Below are positions 53,378 to 64,000 of a DNA stretch of 64,000 nt, in pieces. Positions within the stretch are counted from its first letter, which is position 1. Each line of letters begins with the position of its first letter. The stretch comes from Octopus vulgaris (lineage: Eukaryota). The DNA lies in NCBI GenBank assembly GCA_951406725.2, contig OX597821.1:112096001-112160000 (forward strand). Direction: 5' to 3'. Made by a program: the position numbers and the translations under genes. The notes under the pieces were generated by a model. It did no database searches and had not been told where the DNA came from. It saw only the letters and a list, made by a program, of their open reading frames with translations.

Positions 53378-53575
53378 CGTACATACATATACAAAGATAT
53401 ATATATATATATATATGTACATACATATACATATATATATATACATAGACATGTACATACATGCATATACACATATATATACACACATGTACAGGCATAT
53501 ATAAATATGCATGTGTATGTATATATAGATGTGTATACACACACACACATACATACATATATGGAGGTATATACA
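52836..53575. repeat. Compound microsatellite with higher-order unit (TA)n(TG)n-tacatgaa
   Basis: gtacatgaa punctuates five units between 52872 and 53028, followed by repeated taagtgttt units. Confidence 0.9.
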
Positions 53576-53724
53576 AACCCGCACTTATGAGAGTTCCTAA
53601 TGTCTACAGTCATCATATATTCACTGAAAACTGTGAATGAGTGAATCTGTATATCAGAGGCTTGTAGGTCTGTTGTAAATTATACGTTTGTGTACACGTA
53701 ATTTTCTACCTCCTCCTCCTTCTC

Positions 53725-53970
53725 TTCATCATCATCATCATCAGTTTTCCATGCTGGCATGAGTTGGAAAGGCCAGGAGCCACACCAGGTCCCACAGCCT
53801 GATTTGGCATGGTTTTCCATGGCTGGATGCCCTTCCCAACTCCAGCTGCTTTACAGAATGTACCGACTGTTATTGACATGGTTCTAGTATTGGTGCATTT
53901 CACATGGGACCTGCATGAGTGCTCCTTATGTGGCACCAACATGGAGACTTTTTACATGATGCCAGAACTC
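53725..53970 (-). mobile_element. Family C copy
   Basis: (CAT)n then ttttccatgctggcatg...ggctggatgcccttcccaac. Confidence 0.7.
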
Positions 53971-54179
53971 TCTATATTATGTGTGTATGTGTGTATGCAC
54001 TTTGCTTAGCAACCATATGTTTTCAGGTTAAGTCCCACCAAGTGTCACCTGGCTCAGGCTGCTGTACTCTACTGTAACCAATGGGACAACAAATGCCATG
54101 AGAATGAATCTAGAGGAAAACTGCGTGGAAGCCCATTATATATATATAAATATATGTATATAAATATAAATACATATAT

Positions 54180-54401
54180 GTGGTTGGCGTTAGGAAGGGC
54201 ATCCAGCTGTAGAAACACCACCAGATATGACTGGCCTGGTGCAGCCTTCGGGCTTCCCAGACCCCAGTTGAACCGTCCAACCCATGCTAGCATGGAAAGC
54301 GGACGTTAAACGATGATGATGATGATATATAAATATATCATCATCATTGTTTAACGTCTGTTTTCCATGCTGGCATGGGTTGGACGGTTTGACTGGGGTC
54401 T
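54180..54401. mobile_element. Tail-to-tail family C pair forming an about 143-bp hairpin
   Basis: Plus copy 54180-54325 and minus tail 54338-54401; arms agaccccagt...gatgatatat / atatatcatc...actggggtct. Confidence 0.85.
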
Positions 54402-54689
54402 TTATTAGTCAAAAGACACCTGTTGTTATTTTCTTGTGGTTTGTATTTGTAATTGTGTAACCTTTCTTTCTAATTTTTTTTGACTTTGTAGTCGTACACA
54501 TTCGCTTGCTTTCTCCTAAAAAATTTAATGCTCTTAGCTTAGATATTTGGGGCCAGCCAGATCTTGAGCAGTCTCAAGAGTAACCGGCTGAAACTGTAAA
54601 GATAATTTGGCAACTTGACTGATGAGGAGGCTGCAAATGACCCCTGCCCTTTTTTACTCCTGTTCATCTTTGCATTGTCTATCTGTCCG

Positions 54690-55281
54690 GATGTTTTATT
54701 GTTGCCTGTTGCATTCTTGTTCCATCTTTTGAGTGGACTGCAGCAATGTGAAATAAAGTGTCTTGCACAAGGAGACAATGCACAGAAGGGAATTGAACTC
54801 ATGACTCTATGATCGTGAGCCAAATACTATAACCACTAAGCCATGTGTCTTCACATTACATCAACACACATTGGGATTCCATACAGTTTCCGGCCATGAA
54901 ATCCATTTGCAACAATAAAATATGGTCAAGACCCCCTTCGGTCATGAATAACCATGAGATTGCAACAGGAAATGTCCCCTGCAACGCACAAGACCAGGTA
55001 AGGTTGTTTTTGGGAAGACCAGCAGTCACCTGTACCTACCAGCCTCACCTCCCCACACCACTGATGTTACCCAAGGGAAAGACAAAGGGGCTGATAAAGC
55101 TTGGTACCAGTGAGGGGTTACAATTCATTTCCACAGCTGAGGAAACTGGAGTAACGTGAAACAAAGTGTCTTACTCAAGAACTTCTTGTTTTGAAACAAC
55201 ACACCACCCAGCCTAGGAATCGAACTCACTACCTGATGATTGTGAGCCTGACGATCTAACCACTGAGCCATGTGCCTTCAC
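54690..55281 (-). mobile_element. Two tRNA-head SINEs; the second (about 54925-55281) has an RTE-like body
   Basis: Heads read on minus gtgaagacacatggcttagtggttat and gtgaaggcacatggctcagtggttag with B-box gagttc(a/g)attcc. The body tttcccttgggtaacatcagtggtgtggggagg resembles, from recall, RTE 5'-derived SINE bodies. Confidence 0.65.
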
Positions 55282-55808
55282 ACTTACAACAATAATCTCT
55301 TATTAAAACCCTTCTTCAAAAGTCATATCAAACTGTGATATATAGATTAGGAAGAGTGAGAGCAATTGTTGATAAAGAGAAGGAGCAAAAAAATAGAAAC
55401 GACTGATGTTTTCATGAGAATGGTACCAAGAAAGAGTTATATTATCAACAAAAGACCCCCTCCCCTCCAAATGCTAATTGTCTGGTTTCACGATGGTTGG
55501 TCTCTTAGATAAGGTATTTCAAGTGAAGGTGGATGAGAAAGTACACACCTGGCGAATGTTATTATGTAGAAGAGCAAACAGCAGTTAGATCTGATTACAC
55601 CTTAAATAATTCACATGTAATTTCTACCTTTCAAATACTTAATTATAACCACCCCCACCCCCACACACGCACCTTTTTACCATTATCATGAGACTTTTAG
55701 TGAGAAATTATAGTAAAATGATTAAATGGTTAAGCTTGTGTGAGGTTAGCAAAAGCCAGTCTGAAGTCATGATCCTTCAACATTGTCTTAAAATTGTAAC
55801 CCTTTTAA

Positions 55809-56028
55809 CCCTTTTGTTACCAACCCGGCTGAAACCGGCTCTGGATCTGAGTACAAATGTCTTATTTTCATAAGTTCTGAATTAAAATCTTCCACCAAAC
55901 CTTAGTCACAATTTATGTTCCTAACAGTAGTGAAATGATAAATAAGTTATTTTACTAAATTCTTTGTTATATTTAAAGTAATTGGAAGAAACACAGAGCA
56001 TCTCAAAATAAATACAGTAATGAAAGGG
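55809..56028 (-). mobile_element. piggyBac-like MITE family E (reverse orientation)
   Basis: TTAA-cccttttgttac ... gtaatgaaaggg-TTAA; the body is the reverse complement of 24697-24920. Confidence 0.85.
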
Positions 56029-56191
56029 TTAATGCAAAACTGCCCAAGACTGGTACTTGGTTCTACGATTGTTTTAAGTGTTTTGGAAAGAATGATGAGT
56101 TTGGTGAAACAACAGTCATTGTCAAAATGGTATTTGGAAACATAAATGAAGAGGAAATTTTGATGGAAGGTTTAAATTTAGATCACTTTAA

Positions 56192-56742
56192 CCCTTTTGT
56201 TACCAGGAGTGGCTGAGGTAAGTAGCTTGCTTCCCAACCACATGGTTCTGGGTTCAGTCCCACTGCGTGGCACTTTGGGCAAGTGTCTTCTACTTTAGTC
56301 TCAGGCCGACCAAAGCCTTCTGAGTGGATTTGGTAAACGGAAACTGAAAGAAGCCCGTTGTGTATATATATGTGTGTGTGTGTGTGTGTGTCTGTGTTTC
56401 TCCCCCCAACATCAATTGACAACCGATGCTGGTGTGTTTACATCCTCATAACTTAGCGGTTTGGCAAAAGAGACCGAAAGAATAAGTACTAGGCTTACAA
56501 AGAATAAGTCTTGGGATTGATCTGCTCGACTAAAGGTGGTGCTCCTGCATGGCCGCACTCAAATGACTGAAACAAGTAAAAGAGTATATTTCTACTGAAA
56601 TACACTGTCTTTGTGTCAATTAATTTTGCAAACGACTGATATCTGAATCATAAATTAGCACAAAATTTTGCTGGAAGACTAATTTAAAACAGGAAGTTTG
56701 TATCACCAAGTAAGAGGAAGCCTGGTTACTCCAGCTCAAGGG
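56192..56742 (+). mobile_element. E MITE interrupted by a near full-length SINE-B (56205-56585)
   Basis: TTAA-cccttttgttacc | SINE-B | atatttctactgaaatacac...aaggg-TTAA. Confidence 0.75.
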
Positions 56743-57764
56743 TTAAAACAAGCGAGAGGTTGGTGTTAACACTGCACTAATAAGAGAAAGACTCCAGGTA
56801 AGGAGTCACTGATTAGGGTAGACAAACCAGCTCAGGTCAATAGCCAAATGTCTGGGGCCAGGGCAGTAGAAGACCAAGAGACGTGGTGAAATCTGGTTAT
56901 GATGTCATGAATGGATGCCCCAACAACTAAACGAACAAGGGACAGGAAGGAAGGATGGAAGGAATGTATGTAATTTTAATTAATTAAACATTTCTCATAC
57001 TACCCATTACATCAAGAATATTAGCCCTCACCCCCAACTACTTAATTATAACATTCCTAATTATATCAGTTTTATAATTATACTAATTAATACCTGATTT
57101 ATTCATTATTTTCTTCCACTGTTGTTATTTAGAAGTTTTATGGTGATAGGTGTGGTGTTGACATATATTTACCCATGCTAGCATGGAAAATTGCAGAAGT
57201 AAGAGTGGTTCTGCAATTCAAACTTCCTGTTTCAAAGCAGTCTAAAAACTTTCTAACCAAATTTCATGTTTCTTTTTTTTTATGTCCCCAACATTTGCTC
57301 AATAATGACAAAGTTACTTTTAAAATCCAAAGGCAGTAATTTCAACATCAGTAAATATGGTAACAAAGGGGTTTTAAATAGGGTCCACATTAGTCAATGG
57401 GGAACTTCTATGTTTGCCCACAGCCAAATCTCTCTCTCATCAAATTCCTTACTGTCTTTAAGTCTTCTGATAGCAACTCACTTGAGACCATTCCTGGTTC
57501 CATGATACAAAATTTCCCGTTTTAAAATGGTGAGAATTTTATGTCTCAAATACTTGCTTTATAATGACAAAGATACTTTATTAAATTCTTCATAATTTTA
57601 CTAAATTAGTTGAAAATAGACAAACATAGGTAGGAACATGGTGACAAAAAGGTTAAACCCAACTCTTTTAATACCTTTCAATTTCCTTATCAGCGGAATT
57701 ATCGATAGCATCATTTGAGATGAAAGGAATGGTATCAGATAGATATAGATAGAGAGAGAGAGAT

Positions 57765-57811
<47 letters not shown>

Positions 57812-58689
57812 TGGATATTTAGGAATGGCTAGAGAGAAGTTGGGAGTCCATGAGGAATTTCCTAGCTAAAGTACATTTATTTTCATTACATAATTATAGT
57901 TATTTTATAATTATTACATTTATTTTCTCCCATCCTTAAGTAAATAGCGCACTCAGTGTCTGTCTGTCCCTTACTTTTAATAGAGCTGACAATACACATA
58001 CAAAGATCTCGATACACACACAAACAAAAAGGCCTCAACAGATGCTCACATACAAAGGCCCAGACACACACACACACACATGTGCAGCACACAATTTTGA
58101 TCGAGAACAATAAGCTTTTCTGAAAAAGAAATTATTTAATAGAGATTATATGACCATCGTTAATAATTTAATTAAAGCAACAGAGTAATCTAGCCTTTTC
58201 TTTTATTGCTAATGAAACAGAATTCATTATTATTTCAAACGTAAACATTTTATTGGTCTATTATTAAGAGTCATAATAAAAATAAATTTAATTAAACAAA
58301 AATCTTTGAAATATTTTATTTGTATTTTTTTTATTGTATTTTGATGAGTTCAAATATTTTCCTGTTTCTATTTTATTTTGATTTTATTTTATTTTATTTT
58401 TATCAGACATTATAATAATGTGGGTTGAGGGGGAAACATTGGTTGAATATAGAAGTGATAATGTAGTTATTTAGGTGAAATAAACACCAGAGATACCCTG
58501 CCCCCACACAGGAACTCAAAGGCAGAACTGCAACGCTGGAAACACTTCCATATTGTCAGCAGGTATCTCGGGGTCACAAGTGTTTTGCCCCTTACCCTGT
58601 ACGCTTCACCTGAGCAAAATATAGATTTAAGGATTTTTTTCAAAGACAAACCAATGCTTTTCAAGAATTAAATTTTTCTCGAATAAATG

Positions 58690-58950
58690 CAAGCATGGGT
58701 GTGTGGGGAAGAAGCTATTTCCCAACCATATGGTCATGGGTTCAGTCCCACCATGCTGCATATTGAGTATCTTCTACTATAGCCCCAAGATGACCAAAGC
58801 CTTGGGAGTGAATTTGGGAGCTGGAAACTGAATAGAAGCCCATCGTGTATGTTAGTGTTTGTGTATGCATGCACTTGTGTGTTGGTCCTCATTCACTACT
58901 TGACAACTGCTGTCAGCTTGTTTACATGCTCATGACTTAGTGGTTCAGCA
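58690..58950 (+). mobile_element. Degenerate SINE-B
   Basis: gggttcagtccc...cttctactatagcccc..gaccaaagccttg. Confidence 0.7.
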
Positions 58951-59626
58951 ACAAGGCAATGGCCTCATGCCTTAGTGGTTGCTAATGAGGCAATGGCCAG
59001 AATCTTCAAAATCCCCTTAATATATGTGTGTATGAGGGCATGAAACATGTTGGAGCAATATAGTTAGGCTGTGTTCCTAAACTGGGCTTAGGAGCGAGAG
59101 TTTCAAAACTCAGCAGAAACTCTGCTTCACAATGATACAAATAGACCTCAGTCTGGTTTCCACAGTGTATAAGTGTTATAAAGTGGCCTTTTGCCACTGT
59201 TGTATGTCTTTTGATGATGACTGTCGCTCTGACATATTTTCTTATATTCTGAAGTCATTGATAGACTGGTTCTATCTGGCACTGTACAATACCCAGACCT
59301 ACAGTTGTATTATCCTCAAAAGGTTGGATCGTCATAACATTCACTCAGTAATCACAGCATAATTCCCATAACAACACTTATAATGGCTGGCTACTACCAC
59401 CTTCCACCAGGAGGGGTGGGTGTAGAGTTTCAGTATACAACAATAAGTAACTAAGATTACAACACATCCCACTGGATGGGACACTGGTCCTTCACAAGGT
59501 TAACTTCCTAGTTATTGCTGGAAGCCATTCACAGCTGAGTGGACCATTTTGCAGAAGAATACAGTACACTGCTTCGACCGGGATTCAAAATCATGATCTA
59601 GCGATCAGGATTGTAACCCTCTAACC

Positions 59627-60090
59627 CGGGGGGTTCTCGGCCGTTTTTCATCTATGGAACCCCTTTGATTATTATTTTATTGTGGTGAAACCCGTAGCCG
59701 TTCAGTGTTTATAGAATTTTTATTTTATTATTCACATAACTTGTGTAGGTTGAACTATGTAAAATGCTCGAGAAAAAAATCTAGCTGTTTCTTGTCATAC
59801 ATACGTCTAAAGCAGGGATTCTCGACCATTTTTTTATCTACGGACCCCTTTGATTCTGATGGGCCCCTATAGTCATTCGATGTTTAAAAACTACTTTTCT
59901 AGAAACTTCTTTTAAAATTCTTATTTTGTTATTCACACATTAACTTGTGTAGGTTGAACAATGTAAAACACCCGGGAAAGAACCCTCGCTGTTTCTTGCA
60001 AGACATACCAATACATACTTTTTCAGGGGCCCTTAAAGTGCTATTGTAGATCCCCAAAACTCTTATATGGACCCTGGTTGTGAACCACTG
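59627..60090 (+). mobile_element. hAT-like MITE F dimer inserted in a minus-strand tRNA-head SINE
   Basis: Second unit starts gtctaaag|cagggattctcgacc (59813) and ends ggttgtgaaccactg. The host SINE runs from about 59520 and resumes at 60091. Confidence 0.7.
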
Positions 60091-60629
60091 TCGTAACTAC
60101 CAGATCATGCACTTTGACTATGCAGAGAGCAACAAGAAAAATAAAAATAAAACAAAAAATTAAATATAATAGTAAAAAAAATTTGAGCATTTTCTATTTC
60201 CGATATTTCTGTGGTCTTGCTCCCAAGACAGAAATCAATTTTTGACAGTCGCACATCACTATTTTACACTAAATACGTGACACCTTGAAATAATATTTAG
60301 CACCAGTTTAAAAATAAATATTTAAAAACTAAAATCAATTTCTCAAACTCATTTTCTTCCTGGTGTTTCTTTATTTCTTTTCTGAATTTATTTAATTAAT
60401 TTTTTTTTTTGTTTTGGTTCAAATGTTTCTTCATTCCTCACATGTGGAATTTGATTTTTAAGAGTTCAAAACAAATAGACAAATAAATAAAATAAAAAAT
60501 TTTTAAAAACAAAAGAACGGATTTGGTTCTTTATAAACTAAAAAAGTTGATTTCTCTTTTTTATTTAGTCTTGTTTAAAAAAGCACAACGATGCCTTTTG
60601 CTGGTTAAATATTAGCAGTTTACTTCTTT

Positions 60630-61360
60630 TCTCTTTTATTTGTATCTGTCATCAGATTGTGGCCATACTGGAGCATCGTCTTGAGGAGTTTTTAGTGGAA
60701 CAAATCAACCCTGCACTTCTTGCTGAACTAAGTACAGGGGACATAAACACACCACCACCAGTTTTCAAGTGGTGGTGGTGGTAGTAGGGAAAACACAGAC
60801 ACAAATATATATATGACAGGCTTCTTTCAGTTTCCACGAATCAAATTCACTCACAAGGCCATAGTAAAGGACACGGATCTTTTCGGTTTGAACGGCAGTT
60901 TTTAACATAATTTCTAGATAACTAAAAAATTTTAAACTTCGTATACTGGTAGAATGTGATTATAAAACATCTTTTCTTCTTGGCTTTATTGAGAAAATTC
61001 TATAGTTTGTAAGATATTTGTTGTTTTTTTCTTCAATTTCTGCAATTTCAACCAATCACTGACGTCTATTGAAGTAAAAAACATTCTGTGCCTTATGAAT
61101 GTGTCCCTTGTTTAAGAAACAGATTGGGTTTATTTACATTTCTGAAGAAAAAAAAACTCTTCCCCCCACCCCCTAACCCTAAAACAGATTGAAATGCAAT
61201 AGATCGATACTAGGGTCATAATTATGGGTGACAATTCCATATGACACCACTAGAAAAAACTGCCGTTCAAACCAAAAGGATCCAAGGACACATAACCGAA
61301 GTGCTCCGAAGTGGGACTGAACCTGGAACCATGTGGTTGGAAAGCAAGCTCTTTACCATA
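60630..61360 (-). mobile_element. SINE-B interrupted by a TIR element
   Basis: The B sequence stops at catagtaaaggacac and resumes with gtgggactgaacctggaaccatgtggttgg. Confidence 0.75.
60875..61283. mobile_element. 409-bp non-autonomous DNA transposon (about 29-bp TIRs, 8-bp TSD; Merlin-like, tentative)
   Basis: TIRs ggatcttttcggtttgaacggcagttttt and aaaaactgccgttcaaaccaaaaggatcc. TSD aaggacac at 60867-60874 and 61284-61291. Confidence 0.85.
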
Positions 61361-62271
61361 AACTCTGAGGTTTATGGCTCAAACATCAGATTACTAATAA
61401 AAATTTGTTTTACTAAATTCTTTATTATTTCCAAAATCAATTGCTTGGAAGTTAGAATATTTCAACAGAAATATATATGGTAACCAAAGTGTTAAAGAAA
61501 ATATGCGACACATATTTGCTTCCAGCAAACTGAAAAATGAAAATAGAAGCAAAAAAAAGAAAAAAAAAGAGCTGTAAAAAAAAACCCCCCTCAAAATAAC
61601 CCAAAAAACTCCTCCCATTTCATGGTTGGCTGGGTCAGCTATGAAAATGCAAATGTCTGAATTTTTGCACAATCATTGAAATGTATGGCCAAAACAGATG
61701 TAGAAAGGGAGGAGGAAGCAAGGAAGAAAGTGTGAAAGGCAGGAAGGAAGGAAGGATAAGTTTGGTTGGAACAGGATGAGGTTTTTAAGGAACACATGGG
61801 AGGAATGAGAGTGTATCAATTTCAAGGATTGCCTTGAAACAAAGAAGATTGAAGTGGTACATAAAACATGTGGTGTGTGACAGATGACTAATGAGAGATG
61901 AGTAAGCAAATGGTTTAAGCATGTGACTGGATGGTGGTGGTTGTTGTTGTTGTGGTGGTGGTAGTGGTGATGGTTGTTGTTTTGTATATTATTTCTGATC
62001 AGGGTGTGTAAGCCTGTTTAAGGCCATGTGACTTACTCTTTTCCTTTTACTAGTAAGCAAAAGTGGTTATAGTGAGGAGGAAGAGGAGGGTGATGGTGAG
62101 GAGGCTAAGGGAGGAAGAGGAGGAGGAGAAAAAAAGAATGTGGAAGATATGTTAAAGTTGATGGGTATGGATGGAAGGAGATACAATAAAACCAGCACTC
62201 TTTCCAATAAACACACACAAACATGTACTCACATATATACATATACACAAACATAACATACAAACACATAT

Positions 62272-62306
<35 letters not shown>

Positions 62307-63206
62307 TACATATACATACAGACACACACACAAGCACACATATAGATGTACATACATGTACAAATGCATGCGTATCTCCATGCTACACACCTCTAGCTCT
62401 GTGCTCACCATCCAAAGTGGGTTGAGTGGGCGGCGATGGAAGTGGGAATGGTTTTGGGAGAGGTAAATATATATGTATTAAAATATATATAAAAAAATGA
62501 GGGGTGGTGGAAATAGGATGGTATAGGAAATGTTAAGATTGATACCAGTGGCTGTTGGTGGGACCAGTGGTGGTAGCAGTGGTGGGTGATGACTATCCAT
62601 GATGATGATGATGATATGCTTGAGGGTATTAATAAAACACTTGGAGAAAATTTCTTTACTTGAAATTTTCTCTCATAATTTACAACTTTAATATAAAAGA
62701 GGGCAAAACAAATTAATACATAAAATGCCAAAAAATTAAATAAAAATAATAATAATAATAATAATGTTGATGATGATGATGATGATAAAACCCACAGGTT
62801 TCTCATTCAAAATTTTTTGATAAAATTCATAAATATCTTACATTGTAAATTTTCTCCGTGAAATTCATGCAATCATAATTTTGATAAAATTCATATTTTT
62901 CAGAAATCAAAAAAAAAAATAAATAAAACAAAAGGAAAAAGAACCCCCTCCACCCCACTCCCCAACTGAAACTGCAAACAATGAATGTGTATGTACAAGA
63001 ATGTATGTATGTATGTATGTATGTATATGTGTGTCTTGACAGATATGGGAATATAATATGTTTACAATATTCTTAAGAGATCTTCTGTGATAAACAACAC
63101 AAATGGTAATAATATAATAAAGATTTTCTGGGTACTTTCAGGGCTTCTTGAGAAGAGAAGAGAGATTAAGGGGTACATGGTGTTTGTGTGTATGTACATA
63201 ACTTTT

Positions 63207-63745
63207 TATCTTTTTACTTGTTTCTGTCATTTGACTGTGGCCATGGTGGAGCACCGCCTTTAGTCGAGCAAATCGACCCCAGGACTTATTCTTTGTAAGC
63301 CTAGTACTTATTCTCACACACAAACATATGTGTGTGCGTGTGCATGCGGACACATCATGACAGTGCATTTAAGAAATTTCTTTCACAACTGCGTGGCTAA
63401 GGTTCAATTCTACTGTGCTGTAGCTTGGGCAAGTCTTTTTCCAATATAGATAGCCCTGGAATGACCAATGCCTTGTGAGCGAATCCAGCAAAAACTGTGT
63501 GGAAGCCTGACACATAAAGGTATATATTTGTGTGTGCTTGAACACGTATATGTCTGTTTGCTCTGCTCCCCTTTGGCAGTAAGTGTTGGTTTGTTGACAT
63601 CCCCATAACTAAGGTGGTTTGGCAAAAGAGCCCAACTTATTAAGCAGCAGACACTAAAGTAGTCAGTTTGATTTCTCTGATGAAATCCTACAAGGTTGTG
63701 CTCCAGTATGGCCGCAACTCAATGAGTGAAATGAGTAAACAAGTA
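63207..63745. mobile_element. SINE-B 3' part (minus, 63207-63312) and a degenerate plus copy (about 63365-63745)
   Basis: gcaccgcctttagtcgagcaaatcgaccccaggacttattc; gcttgggcaagtc...ctccagtatggccgc. Confidence 0.75.
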
Positions 63746-63869
63746 AATGTTATGTGTGCGAGTCAATTTATCAGGATTTCCTCAAACCCTTTAAGGCAAT
63801 GCTCCAGCATGGCCAGCTGCAGCACCAGTGTCTAAAAACCAGTGATGAAATTAAAAAGTGTAAATGTAT

Positions 63870-64000
63870 TTTCATTTGATTCAGTTTGACCAAGACCTCT
63901 GGCATTATGTCGTGCTTGAGAAGACCCATCAAGCTGAGCAAAATCGCAGTCGTGACAGATACCGGTGTCACGTAAATGGCACCTGTGCTGGTGGCATATA
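63870..64000 (+). mobile_element. Family C 5' portion, truncated by the window end
   Basis: ggcacctgtgctggtggca matches the C subrepeat at about 28190-28208. Confidence 0.55.

Noticed and set aside
54550-54602. Hairpin followed by GAAACTGTA
   Set aside because: No upstream CUGANGA box.
61168-61184. ccctaaccctaa telomere-like motif
   Set aside because: Only two units, internal to a TIR element; not a telomeric array.

Overview
AT-rich, non-coding eukaryotic DNA, probably an octopus genome. That assignment is from my recognition of the SINE families and the very high (TA)n/(CA)n/(GA)n/(AAT)n content, not from a database search. No protein-coding gene, rRNA, true tRNA or CRISPR array can be supported, and most listed ORFs are translations of microsatellites or SINE fragments. 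The window is a mosaic of four SINE-like families (working names A, B, C, G), three MITE families (piggyBac-like TTAA, hAT-like, and one with an 8-bp TSD, possibly Merlin-like) with repeated nesting, and microsatellite fields. The main unexpected signal is about ten type I hammerhead-ribozyme (HHR) folds in several unrelated contexts. They include one complete canonical fold (52181-52241, minus), minimal Penelope-type folds, long-stem-II forms, a CUGUAGA core variant, and one fold downstream of a tRNA-like Pol III head. A second signal is a fixed head-to-tail junction in SINE-A multimers at three loci, mapping to the loop of the internal hairpin of the SINE head. All folds were paired by eye, none has been tested for activity, and boundaries of degenerate repeats are approximate.
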